A DNA stretch of 64,000 bases from Planctomycetota bacterium (GCA_038060895.1 JBBTCT010000008.1:1-64000), one strand, 5' to 3'; counted from the stretch's first letter, positions 39,667-48,930 are shown. Numbers and translations: made by a program. Notes: generated by a model not told the origin, from the letters alone.

Positions 39667-40566
39667 TCATGACTGGTTGGTGGGCATCCATTCGGCGTTT
39701 CTTGAAGACCCGGGACGGCCTCTCTTGTCGACGCCGATCAGGCCGGCTTCGACACCCTCCCGGCGCGCGAACGCGGTCGCGCGGTCGAGGGCTTTCTGGC
39801 AGGGGAGGGACTTCATCAGGTCGCAGGCGAATTTTGCGAGGCCCAGGCGGAGGATTCCTTCGCCGAATCCGGTTGCCGAAACAGCGCCGTATTCGCAGGC
39901 GTAGGTGCCGCCTCCCAGGACCGGCGAGTCGCCTACTCGCCCGGGCAGCTTGAGCCAGATCCCGCCCGTGGACGTCGCGACCGCCAGGCGGCCCTTTGCG
40001 TCGCACGCGACGGCGCCAACCGTCGAACGGTGGCCTCGCTCATCACGTGAGAGGTAGCGCTCGAGCCATGACCGCGTCCGCTTCCAGTAGCGATCCTCCG
40101 AGGCTTCACCGCCGTCACGAAGCCTCGCGATCAGCTCCTTCCAGCGCTTGCGCCGCGCGGTCGTCCGGGGGTCGTATACGGGGAAGCCGGCGTGGCGCGC
40201 GAATTTCGTCGCGCCTTCGCCGACGAGGAGGTGGTGGTCGGTCTCTTCCATGACGGCGCGAGCGACGGAGATGGGGTGGCGGACGCCCGTGATGCCGCCG
40301 ACCGCGCCGGCCTCCAGCTCGCTGGTCATCACGGCCGCGTCCATTTCGACCTGGCCCTCAAGCGTCAGCACGCTGCCGGTGCCCGCGTTGAAGAACGGGC
40401 TGTCCTCGAGGAAGCGCGCCGCGCGCTCGACCATGTCGATGGCGTTCTTGCCGCGCAGGCCCTCGGAAACGGCGCGCGCGAGCGCTTCGTCGCGGCCCTC
40501 GGGGAGAACTGCCGGACGCCGGCCGCAACCGCCGTGGACTAGAAGTGTTTTCCTGGGTGTGGGCAT
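39667..40566 (-). CDS. Isoaspartyl peptidase/L-asparaginase, paralog 2
   Basis: VHGG, FNAGTGS, STVGAVA, ATSTGG, GRVGDSP, TGFGE. Confidence 0.92.
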   Translation of the reverse strand: MPTPRKTLLVHGGCGRRPAVLPEGRDEALARAVSEGLRGKNAIDMVERAARFLEDSPFFNAGTGSVLTLEGQVEMDAAVMTSELEAGAVGGITGVRHPISVARAVMEETDHHLLVGEGATKFARHAGFPVYDPRTTARRKRWKELIARLRDGGEASEDRYWKRTRSWLERYLSRDERGHRSTVGAVACDAKGRLAVATSTGGIWLKLPGRVGDSPVLGGGTYACEYGAVSATGFGEGILRLGLAKFACDLMKSLPCQKALDRATAFARREGVEAGLIGVDKRGRPGSSRNAEWMPTNQS

Positions 40567-40636
40567 GGTGCGACGGGGAAGGGTAACTGGTGGGGGGCGG
40601 GGTGTCATCGGAGCGAAGGGGTAGGGCAAATGCAAC

Positions 40637-40737
40637 GACAACTCCAAATCCCAACTCCAACCCCAACTTCCAAAGAGGACCGGCTCCTGGAGGATGTCAT
40701 CTTGGGGTTTGAGTTGGGGTTGGGATTTGGAGTTGTC
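40637..40737. repeat. Inverted repeat built from CCAA(C/A)-type hexamers
   Basis: gacaactccaaatcccaac is the exact reverse complement of gttgggatttggagttgtc; arms about 38 bp. Confidence 0.88.
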
Positions 40738-40889
40738 TTTCCGCGCTTGTGCGAAGTGCTTGTCCCAGTGGGAGTTCCGTCCTTTTCAGCGCGAGGGCAA
40801 GGGCGGGGCGAGGGCAATGGAAACGGCAAAGAACGCTCCAAACACGGCGAATCCTGTGATAGGCTGGCCCTCCCACTTCAGGAGGTTCC

Positions 40890-42236
40890 ATGGCCGACAA
40901 CAGCCAATACGAAAATATTGCGCGCGCGATCGAGAAGGGTACGCGCGTCGCGACGCTGGAAGAGCTGAAGGCGAAGGGGCAGAGCTCTTTCAAGGTCATC
41001 AACGCCGCCAAGATCATGGAGTTGATCAAGGAGGCGGTGGACATGGCGGTCGACTCGATGGCGGGGTCGAAGCTGGCGGGTGAGAAGGAGAAGTTGCAGG
41101 CGCTGGCGAAGAAGGAATTCGACGACCTGTTGAAGCGGTACCAGGACACGCAGAAGGGCAAAGGCGAAATCGAGAGCCAGGCCCAGAAGATGCAGGCGGA
41201 GATCGACGAGGTTGCGAGGCTGCTGGCGGGCGGCGGCGGCGACGCGGCGAAGATGGGGCTCGCCGGAATTTCCGGGCAGATTGCCCAGCTGGTGCAGAAG
41301 CTGCAGGCGTCGGAGAAGGCGCGCATTGACGGCGGCGTGCAGCAGCGCAAGACCGAGGAAGCCCTCGAGCAGATGAAGCAGAAGTACGCGGCGATGGAGC
41401 AGGAGAGGTCGGCCGCGATGGAGACCGGGCAGGGCGTGGCGCGCGCGGTGGACGCGGCCTATAGCAAGATCGACGCCGGCCTCGGCCAGAAGGCGCGCGA
41501 GATGGGTCTCGCCATGGGCCCCGAGCCGCGGACGCCCGAGGAGAAGATGGAGCGCCTCGCGCAGATCGCCAACGCGGCGGTGGCCGGGATCGAGAAGGAG
41601 AGGGCTGAGAAGGCAGAAATGAAGCGCCAGCTGGCCGACCTGGTCGTGAAGTTCCAGATGGCGGAGCGCGAGCTCGCGCAGCTCCGGCAGGAGCTCTCGA
41701 CGACGCAATCAAAGGGAAAGCTGCTCGAAGCCGAGCTGTCCGCAACGTCGGGGAACAAGTCCAGCGTCGAGCGTGAGCTCTCGCAGGCGCGGCAGTCGCT
41801 GGCGCAGACGGAGGCGAAGAAGTCCGCCGCCGAGAAGGAGCTAGGCGAGCTGCAGGAATTCAAGAAGAAGCTCGAGGAGAAGGTCGACGAGCAGGGCTCG
41901 CAGTACGCCGAGGTGCACCAGATGATGGCGCGCATCGGCCAGCGCGCGGACGACCTGATCCGGGAGGTCGAAAGCGGCCGCCTCAAGCACCTGAAGCCCG
42001 AGGAAAAGAAAATCATCATCGACGCGATGACCGCGATCAACGCGGACCTGAAAAAACTGCAGGACGAGCGCGCCTTCCTCGAGAAGAAGCTCTTCTACAT
42101 GAGCATGACGATCGACAGCCTCGAAGCGGAGCTGCTGGCCGCGAAGGGCCTGACGCCCTCGGTCGGCGGAAGCGCCCACTTGAAGGACGACGGGCTGGTG
42201 GTCACGTTCGACGAGGCCGGAGTGCTGGCGTTGTAG
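40890..42236 (+). CDS. Long coiled-coil cytoplasmic protein
   Basis: AGGAGG RBS; E/K/Q/L heptad-rich over most of 448 aa; no signal peptide. Confidence 0.82.
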   Translation: MADNSQYENIARAIEKGTRVATLEELKAKGQSSFKVINAAKIMELIKEAVDMAVDSMAGSKLAGEKEKLQALAKKEFDDLLKRYQDTQKGKGEIESQAQKMQAEIDEVARLLAGGGGDAAKMGLAGISGQIAQLVQKLQASEKARIDGGVQQRKTEEALEQMKQKYAAMEQERSAAMETGQGVARAVDAAYSKIDAGLGQKAREMGLAMGPEPRTPEEKMERLAQIANAAVAGIEKERAEKAEMKRQLADLVVKFQMAERELAQLRQELSTTQSKGKLLEAELSATSGNKSSVERELSQARQSLAQTEAKKSAAEKELGELQEFKKKLEEKVDEQGSQYAEVHQMMARIGQRADDLIREVESGRLKHLKPEEKKIIIDAMTAINADLKKLQDERAFLEKKLFYMSMTIDSLEAELLAAKGLTPSVGGSAHLKDDGLVVTFDEAGVLAL

Positions 42237-42257
42237 GTTGTTCCGGGAAATCCCAGG

Positions 42258-42294
42258 AACCGCCCGGCGCCGCGAGGTCCGGGCGGTTTTTTTT
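42258..42294 (+). terminator. Rho-independent terminator
   Basis: aaccgcccgg...ccgggcggtt followed by a T run. Confidence 0.88.
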
Positions 42295-42306
42295 CGGCGA
42301 GGGAGA

Positions 42307-42630
42307 ATGTCCGAGCATTCGGTGATCCTCATGACCGCACCCGACGCGGCCTGCGCGGACCGCATCGCGCGGGCGCTCGTGGAGGAGCGCCTGGCCGCAT
42401 GTGTCAACGTGTTGCCCGAAATGCAGAGCATTTATCGCTGGGAAGGGAAACTGGAAGAGTCGCGCGAAGTCCTCCTCATCGCGAAGACCCGCTCCGTGCT
42501 CTTCCAGAAGCTCGAAGCCCGCGTCCGCTCCCTCCATCCCTACCAGGTGCCGGAAATCATCGCATGGCCTCTCACCGACGGCTCCCGTCCGTATCTCTCG
42601 TGGCTGGACGCTTCCGTCCTCCCCGCATGA
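42307..42630 (+). CDS. cutA: Divalent-cation tolerance protein CutA
   Basis: LVEERLAACVN, SIYRWEG, HPYQVPEI. Confidence 0.95.
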   Translation: MSEHSVILMTAPDAACADRIARALVEERLAACVNVLPEMQSIYRWEGKLEESREVLLIAKTRSVLFQKLEARVRSLHPYQVPEIIAWPLTDGSRPYLSWLDASVLPA

Positions 42631-44750
42631 CACGAACCATTCCCACGCTTTGCCTCGTGCTCATCGCCCCGGCGCTCGCCGCGGCTGAGGCCGCTTCCGA
42701 GTCCGTTTTCTTCGACGAAGAGAGCGATGTCACGGCGCTGGTGGAAAAGGGGGACGCGGCGCTCAAGAAAGGCGATTGGGAAGGCGCGCTCGACGCGTGG
42801 CAGAAGGTGCTGGGAGACTTCCCGGGCGCGGTTCTGCCGGCGGCGGACGGCCTCTGGCTTCCTGCGACGGTCGCCTGCTCGCGCCGGATCGCGGCGTTGC
42901 CTCCCGCGGCGATCGCCGCGTACCGCGACCGTTACGAAACGCAGGCATCGCAGAAGATGGCGCTCGGGACGGTGGAGGGGCTGCGCGCGGCCGCGGAGCA
43001 GTTCTTCTGCACGGACTCGGGCGGCGTCGCGATGGAACGGCTGGGTGCGATGCACGCCGACGCCGGAGCGATCGAGCTCGCGATGCGGTGCTGGGAACAG
43101 GTCGCCGAGCGGCATCCGGCGAAAAAAGCGACGCCGGCGACGCTTGCGCGCCTGGGTCTGATCTACGTGCGGCTGGGCTTCCCGGACAAGGCGAAGGCGC
43201 TCGTTGAGAAACACGGGACGCTCAAGGTGAAGCTGAAGGGGGTCGAGACCACGATCGCGGTGGCGCTGAACAACGCGATGGCCGCGCCGCCGCCGGCGCC
43301 GCGCACGGCCGTCATTCTTCCCGACCTGACGTTTGCGCCGATTCCCGATTCCGCGCTGGAGCCGCGAAGCGTGAAGTGGCGGCTCGAGCTCGGACAGCCC
43401 GTCGAGGAGCGGCCGCGGCCCGGCGTCTGGATCCGCCGCGGAGGCAGCAGCGGCGCCCTGCAGACCTACCCATCGACCGCGGACGGAAAACTCTTCGTCA
43501 ACCTCGGCCGCAGCCTGATCGCCCTCGACAGCGCGACCGGGGAATTCCAGTGGCAGCTGGGCGGCCCGCGCGGCGACGCCGTGGTCGGACAGCCCTTCAA
43601 GCTTTCCGCCGATTTCTTCCAGCACGTCACCCCGGATTTCTGGGTGCATCGCTGGTACGCGGTGATCTCGGACGGGGTGCTCTACGCGAACCTCACGACG
43701 ACGGGGAAGTGGTGCCACCTGAAGGCGGTGCGCGTGGACAACAGCCGCGCCATCTGGTCCAACCCCGACGCCGGCTCCGTTCCCGACTTCGACCTCTCCG
43801 GTCCGCCGCTTCCGTGGCGCGATCACGTCTACGTCGGTGGCGTCCCGCGTGACGATGCCAAGCGCGGGGAGGTCTGGCTGTTCGCGTTCGACCGGCGGAC
43901 GGGGATGCTGGAATGGAAGACGTTCATCGCCGGGTACCAGCAGCAGGGGAACCGGTTCGGAGGCGGGATGCCGATGCCCGTGTTCGCGCCGGTCGTCGCG
44001 GCGAGCGGGAGCTATGTCTACGTCTGCACGAACAACGGAGCGCTGGCCTGCGTCGGCCATACGGGGAGCATCGTGTGGGCGACGAAATACCCGAAGCCCA
44101 CGAACTACAACCCGTGGGGGTGGATGGAGCAGGCAGAAGAGGACACCTGGGACCTGAGCCCGATCTTCGCGATCGGCCGCGACCTCGTGTTCCTGCCCGC
44201 CGACGGGACGCATTGCTGCCGGCTGGACGCCATCACGGGGCGCGGGTTCAAGGCGCCTGCCGACCCAGACGAGCCAATCGAGAACCCACTCCGCGCGATG
44301 AAGGTCGTGGCTCGCGAGGGCTGCCGCCACCTGATCGCCGTGGATGGGGAGAACGCAACGCTGGTGGGTGCGGAGGGGAAAATCTACGACCTCCGGGGAA
44401 GCGGGATCGTGAAGTTCGACGGCAAGGCCGCGTTCTCGCAGATCCCGTCCCAGTATTGCGGAAGGGCCCTGGTCACGAAGGAATCAGTCCTGGTCCCCGT
44501 CCGCGGGAAAAGCACTTCCCGCCTGCTGGTTTTCGACCGGAAGTTCGGCGCCAGCCGCGAGATTCCGTGGCCTGCCGAGGGCGCCCCCGGCACACTGATG
44601 ATCGCCGGCAAGCTGCTTCTCTCGATCTCGCCGCGCGAAATCGTCGCGCTTTCCGACGAGCCGCCCAAAGACGGCGAAAAGAAGCCCGGCGAGGACGACG
44701 ACAAACCGGAAGATCCCGATCCTCCGCAGGACCCTGACGACCCCAAATGA
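42627..44750 (+). CDS. Secreted TPR + PQQ-like beta-propeller (BamB-like repeat) protein
   Basis: Signal peptide; ALDSATGEFQW, AFDRRTGMLEW and GSIVW blades. Confidence 0.8.
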   Translation: MTRTIPTLCLVLIAPALAAAEAASESVFFDEESDVTALVEKGDAALKKGDWEGALDAWQKVLGDFPGAVLPAADGLWLPATVACSRRIAALPPAAIAAYRDRYETQASQKMALGTVEGLRAAAEQFFCTDSGGVAMERLGAMHADAGAIELAMRCWEQVAERHPAKKATPATLARLGLIYVRLGFPDKAKALVEKHGTLKVKLKGVETTIAVALNNAMAAPPPAPRTAVILPDLTFAPIPDSALEPRSVKWRLELGQPVEERPRPGVWIRRGGSSGALQTYPSTADGKLFVNLGRSLIALDSATGEFQWQLGGPRGDAVVGQPFKLSADFFQHVTPDFWVHRWYAVISDGVLYANLTTTGKWCHLKAVRVDNSRAIWSNPDAGSVPDFDLSGPPLPWRDHVYVGGVPRDDAKRGEVWLFAFDRRTGMLEWKTFIAGYQQQGNRFGGGMPMPVFAPVVAASGSYVYVCTNNGALACVGHTGSIVWATKYPKPTNYNPWGWMEQAEEDTWDLSPIFAIGRDLVFLPADGTHCCRLDAITGRGFKAPADPDEPIENPLRAMKVVAREGCRHLIAVDGENATLVGAEGKIYDLRGSGIVKFDGKAAFSQIPSQYCGRALVTKESVLVPVRGKSTSRLLVFDRKFGASREIPWPAEGAPGTLMIAGKLLLSISPREIVALSDEPPKDGEKKPGEDDDKPEDPDPPQDPDDPK

Positions 44751-44776
44751 CTCCGACCAATCGAGGCTCAAAGACC

Positions 44777-45595
44777 ATGCGTCACTTCATTGCCATTGCC
44801 GTACTCCTCTCCGTCGCCGCTTCAACATCGGCCGCCGAGGACCGCAACACGATCACCGTTCGAGGGAAAGGATCGGTGCGCGTGCGTCCGGACAAGCTGA
44901 TTCTCGTGCTGGGAGCCAGCGGGAAGGCGGAGAAGGCGTCGGACGCGGTGGCGAAGCTGGGAAAGAAACGCACCGAGATCGGCGAGGCGATCAAGCAGGC
45001 GCTTGCGGGGAAGCAGGGGCTGGACGCGAAGGTGAAGGATTCGGGGATGACGTTTGGTGGAGCGGCTGACGAGATGGCCCAGATCCGGATGCTGGGCGGA
45101 CAGCAGCCGGAGGCCGCGGGAGAGATGACGGTGACGACCGAGCTCGAGATCACCGTCGCCGGCATCGACAAAATGACGGACGAAGATCTCGCGGGGATCA
45201 TCAGTTCCCTGGTCGACAAGACCACGGACGCGGGCGCCGAGATGAAGCCGCCCGGGAACCGCTACAACCCGTTCATGGGCGGCGGCTCCGGCAACCAGGG
45301 GGTTTTCTTCGGGTTCTCCGACTACGAGGCACAGGTCGAGAAGGCGTGGGACGAAGCGGCGAAGAAGGCGAAGGAGCGCGCGGAGGCGATTGCAAAGAGA
45401 CTGGGCCTGAGCGTCGGTGAGGCGGTGCGCGTGAAGGACACGACGAGCGAAGGGCCGTCGGCAACGAAGGCTTTGAACCCCTACGCGGCGATGATGGGGC
45501 TGGGAGGGGACGACGACGGGCCGAAGATCAAATCGAGCGGGGAGATGGAGATGTCGGTGGAGATGGAAGTGGAGTTCGAGCTGAAGAAGAAGTAG
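44777..45595 (+). CDS. SIMPL/DUF541-family periplasmic protein
   Basis: TITVRGKGSVRVRPD, AKERAEAIA..LG..VG, VEVEFEL-like end. Confidence 0.85.
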   Translation: MRHFIAIAVLLSVAASTSAAEDRNTITVRGKGSVRVRPDKLILVLGASGKAEKASDAVAKLGKKRTEIGEAIKQALAGKQGLDAKVKDSGMTFGGAADEMAQIRMLGGQQPEAAGEMTVTTELEITVAGIDKMTDEDLAGIISSLVDKTTDAGAEMKPPGNRYNPFMGGGSGNQGVFFGFSDYEAQVEKAWDEAAKKAKERAEAIAKRLGLSVGEAVRVKDTTSEGPSATKALNPYAAMMGLGGDDDGPKIKSSGEMEMSVEMEVEFELKKK

Positions 45596-45605
45596 GAACC
45601 GGCCG

Positions 45606-46022
45606 CTACATCCGGGAAATCCCGGCGACGATCCAGCGATCCCCCTTTTTGCGGAGCGAAACCAGGAGCTGCGCCTTCCGCTTCTTGCCGTCGGCGTCCT
45701 TGTATTCGTATTCGTAGGTCGCGGACGGATTGTTTCCGCCTTCGTATCCGTCCTTCTCAAGGAGCTCGAGAGAGACGGTCGGATTGGAATCGAGGTACTC
45801 GTCCAGCTTGGCGATCGCCTGGTCGCGCGAATACGAGCCGCTGTCGTCGAGGTTGAGCGAGACCTTGGTGTCCTTGTCGAGATGCGCCCCGATTGCCTTT
45901 GCGTTGCCGGAAGACCAGGCTGAGGCCACGGACTCGAAGACGGCGATCGCCGCTTTGTCCGGAGCATCGGCGGCGACGGGGAGCGCGAAGGCAATCAGGA
46001 GAAGGGTGATCAGGGACTTCAT
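45606..46022 (-). CDS. Secreted DUF4783-like (NTF2-like) protein
   Basis: Signal peptide; GNAKAI..HL...V.L....G.YSRDQA; GAGG RBS. Confidence 0.7.
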   Translation of the reverse strand: MKSLITLLLIAFALPVAADAPDKAAIAVFESVASAWSSGNAKAIGAHLDKDTKVSLNLDDSGSYSRDQAIAKLDEYLDSNPTVSLELLEKDGYEGGNNPSATYEYEYKDADGKKRKAQLLVSLRKKGDRWIVAGISRM

Positions 46023-46079
46023 GGATGGCCTCAACTCTGGCAGGTTCGCGTGTGGCGCGTTCTGCCCATGGGAACAGAA

Positions 46080-46096
46080 CGCAAAACAGGTGCCTT
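46080..46096 (-). promoter_or_regulatory. Sigma-54 (-24/-12) promoter for the DUF4783-like gene
   Basis: Minus strand AAGGCACCTGTTTTGCG, with GG-N10-GC matching TGGCAC-N5-TTGC. Confidence 0.7.
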
Positions 46097-46155
46097 GGCT
46101 GGATTCTATAACACCTTGCTGCTCAATAAGTTGCGATTCTCTGGAATTGTGACCT

Positions 46156-46193
46156 CGTCCTCTTCCGGGGACAAACGGCCTTCTCCAGGGACA
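46156..46193. promoter_or_regulatory. Tandem enhancer-like sites (candidate bEBP UAS)
   Basis: cgtcctcttccggggaca and cggccttctccagggaca at a 20-bp period, 60-100 bp upstream of the -24 element. Confidence 0.5.
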
Positions 46194-46202
46194 TCCGGCC
46201 CC

Positions 46203-47585
46203 TCACTTCATCCCGTACTTCTCGATTTTCTTGTAGAAATTGCTCCGCGGCATATCCAGCGCTTCCGCCGTTTTCGAAACGTTCCCGTCATTGGCCCGGA
46301 GGCGGGATTCGAGGAAGAGCCGCTCGCTCATCTCCTTGAACTCCTCGTAGGTGCGGCAGCTGAGGAACGGTGTCATCGGGTCCGTGTCGGCAACCGCGGC
46401 CGCGGCCGCCGCGGCCATCTGCCTGGTGCCCCCCATCGCCCTGGCGACGTCCGTCTCGCTGATCACGTCCTTGTCCGCCAGGATGGCCATCCGTTCCACC
46501 ACGTTCTTCAATTCCCTCACGTTCCCCGGCCACGCGTGCCCCGCCAGCCGCGCTTCGGCGCTTCCGTCGAGCCTCCTCGCCGGCAGCCCGCTCGCCGCGC
46601 AGAAGTCCGCGAGGAATCCCCGGCCCAGCACCGCCACGTCGGCCCTGCGGTCGCGCAAGGGCGGCACCCGAACGGGAAAGACGTTCAAACGGTAGTACAG
46701 ATCCTCGCGAAACTCGCCCTTCGCGATCATCCCGGGCAGGTCGCGGTTCGTGGCGGCGACGACGCGCGTGTCGATCGCCAGCGTCTTCTGTCCGCCGAGA
46801 CGCCGCACCTGCCGCTCTTCCAGGACGCGCAGAACCTTCGCCTGCGCCTGGAGAGGCATGTCGCCGATTTCGTCGAGGAAGAGCGTCCCGCCTTTTGCCT
46901 GCTCGAATTTCCCGGGCATCGACTTGTTGGCGCCGGTGAATGCGCCGGGTTCGTACCCGAACAGCTCGCTCTCGATGAGCGTTTCAGGCAGCGCCGCGCA
47001 GTTCACGTCCACGAACGGCCCGTCCGCGCGCGCGGACTGTTCGTGAATCAGTCGCGCGACCAGCTCCTTTCCCGACCCGTTCTCGCCGAGGATGAGCACC
47101 CGTGCTTCCGTCGCAGCGACTTTCGCAATCATCGCGCGCACTTCTTTCATTCCTTCGCTCTCGCCGAGCATCCGCGTTCGCGAAGCGACGCGCGTCCGCA
47201 GCACCCGGTTTTCCGTTGCGAGGCGTCCGTGCACCGCCGCGTTGCGCACCGCGAGGAGCAGCCGGTCGCGGTCGAACGGCTTCTGGATGAAGTCGAGTGC
47301 GCCCCGCCGCGTGGCGTCGAGCGCGTCGTCGATCGTCCCGTGGCCGCTCATCATGACGACCGGGATATCGATTCCACGGTCCTTGAGAGCGTTGAGCAGC
47401 TCTTTCCCGTCCATCCCCGGCATTTTCAGGTCGATCAGCGCGAGATCGAACGTATCGCCCTCCAGCTTCTCCAGGGCTTCCTTTCCGTTCGAAGCGCCGG
47501 CGGACTCGTGCTTCTCGCTCAAGAGCGTCTGCGCGACCGTCTTTCGGATCGCGTCTTCATCGTCCACGATCAGGATGCGGGCCAT
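46203..47585 (-). CDS. Sigma-54-dependent response regulator (NtrC/NtrX family)
   Basis: Receiver VDDE/DLKMPG, GENGSGKE, GAFTGA, FLDEIG, WPGNVREL, Fis-type HTH. Confidence 0.96.
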   Translation of the reverse strand: MARILIVDDEDAIRKTVAQTLLSEKHESAGASNGKEALEKLEGDTFDLALIDLKMPGMDGKELLNALKDRGIDIPVVMMSGHGTIDDALDATRRGALDFIQKPFDRDRLLLAVRNAAVHGRLATENRVLRTRVASRTRMLGESEGMKEVRAMIAKVAATEARVLILGENGSGKELVARLIHEQSARADGPFVDVNCAALPETLIESELFGYEPGAFTGANKSMPGKFEQAKGGTLFLDEIGDMPLQAQAKVLRVLEERQVRRLGGQKTLAIDTRVVAATNRDLPGMIAKGEFREDLYYRLNVFPVRVPPLRDRRADVAVLGRGFLADFCAASGLPARRLDGSAEARLAGHAWPGNVRELKNVVERMAILADKDVISETDVARAMGGTRQMAAAAAAAVADTDPMTPFLSCRTYEEFKEMSERLFLESRLRANDGNVSKTAEALDMPRSNFYKKIEKYGMK

Positions 47586-47634
47586 CCGCTTATTGTGCCG
47601 CGCTTCCCCGCGGGTGCGACCGGAAAACTCACCT

Positions 47635-48336
47635 TCACACCTTCGCGGCCTCGATCACCATCCGCTCCCCGCGTTCCTCAAATCGCCCCTCCCGCCAGTC
47701 ACCGAAGATCGCAAAGAGCTCGAAGCCCGCGGCGCGGAGTTCCTGTTCCAGCGAGCGCCTCCCCAGGGCAGCAAGCCGCCGCGTCGCCTCTGCAACCGGC
47801 TTTCCCGCCTGGTACCACTCCGACTTCACTTCCACGGTTCCCCCCTCGCGACGGATGGTCTCGAAGCGCGACCAGCGCTTCCCGCTCGAAGTGATCTCCC
47901 CCGCGAGCTTTCGTGGCGCGGCGGCCGCTGCGCGGGGGGAATGGTTCTCCAGGTCGAGGACCACGCATCCGTCGGTGTCGAGAGACTCGCGCGCGCAGGA
48001 GAGGCAGCGCGCCCGGTCATCCGCGGACAGCAGGGCCTGGAACGAGCCGTAGAGCGAAAAGACCGCGCCGATTCCGCGCGCCGCGAACCTGCGCAGGTCC
48101 CCCCTCATGAGCGGCACGCCGGGAGCATTGCGGCGCGCCCGGTCCAGCATGGCTGCGGATGGCTCGAGACCGACGTACCAGACGGCCTGCCGTCTGAGAA
48201 GCGCCGCCAGGCGGCCCGTTCCGCAACCGAGCTCCAGCACTTTCCCGCGCGCGCGCGTCCCCCAGTAACGGAGGTCGTCGTCATGCAGAGCGCGCTCGGC
48301 GTCGAGCAACTCCACGGCCAGCGCCTCGCCCTCCAT
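47635..48336 (-). CDS. Class I SAM-dependent methyltransferase
   Basis: VLELGCGTGR, GLEPS.AML; start ATG 48336 or GTG 48342. Confidence 0.85.
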   Translation of the reverse strand: MEGEALAVELLDAERALHDDDLRYWGTRARGKVLELGCGTGRLAALLRRQAVWYVGLEPSAAMLDRARRNAPGVPLMRGDLRRFAARGIGAVFSLYGSFQALLSADDRARCLSCARESLDTDGCVVLDLENHSPRAAAAAPRKLAGEITSSGKRWSRFETIRREGGTVEVKSEWYQAGKPVAEATRRLAALGRRSLEQELRAAGFELFAIFGDWREGRFEERGERMVIEAAKV

Positions 48337-48338
48337 GC

Positions 48339-48731
48339 TCACGCCCTGTCGAGCTGCAGGGAGTCCCACGCGCGCACGGCCCAGTCGAGCTGTCCTTCGG
48401 CGTCGTACGTGAAGGAAACGAGGGCGAGGCGGTGGCGGGAAGCGGTGAGGGTGGTCAGGGTCCACTGCGCGTGGCCGTCCTCGACCTCGCGTGTCAGGTA
48501 ACCGCGGGCGTAGCGACCGTCGCTCCGGACTTCCCACTCTTCTTCGGGCTTCCGCCCCGGCGCGTAGATTTCGTTCACCGTGCGGTCCGGCTCGCGGAAC
48601 TTGGAAGCGTAGAGCGCGATCCAGACGGTGCGGTGGCCTGCCGAGAGGCAAAGGTCCCCGTTTTCGACGCGGCGCTGGAAGCCGGCGCCGACGTCGATGG
48701 AACACTGGCGTGTGATGCGCTCGACGGGCAC
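48339..48731 (-). CDS. Hypothetical protein
   Basis: 130-aa GTG-start ORF abutting the methyltransferase gene; genome-typical codons. Confidence 0.6.
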   Translation of the reverse strand: MPVERITRQCSIDVGAGFQRRVENGDLCLSAGHRTVWIALYASKFREPDRTVNEIYAPGRKPEEEWEVRSDGRYARGYLTREVEDGHAQWTLTTLTASRHRLALVSFTYDAEGQLDWAVRAWDSLQLDRA

Positions 48732-48759
48732 GTTGAAATCTTATCGAGAATCCCGGGGA

Positions 48760-48797
48760 AACGAAAGGGGGGCCCGGCCGATTCGCCGGGCCCCCCC
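48760..48797 (-). terminator. Rho-independent terminator
   Basis: Minus strand ggggggcccggc-gaatcg-gccgggcccccc then tttcgttt. Confidence 0.8.
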
Positions 48798-48930
48798 GGA
48801 GTCGAAGAGGGCGCCCCCCGAATGATCCGGAGGGGGAAGGCTCCGGAGGGGAAGATTCCGGAGGACGCCCCAGTCATCTCGCGCGTGCGGCCGAGGGAGC
48901 GAACCATGTGTCACTCCCTCGGCTTCGACC
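48760..48930 (-). ncRNA. Candidate structured sRNA or 3'UTR with C-rich repeats, ending in a terminator
   Basis: Nested helices gtcgaag/cttcgac, gccgagggag/ctccctcggc and gggcg/cgccc enclose three tccggagg repeats; a GC hairpin with a U-rich tail closes it on the minus strand. Confidence 0.45.

Noticed and set aside
29801-40737. Short repeat arrays as CRISPR
   Set aside because: Units are 6-8 bp with no unique spacers, and no cas genes are present.
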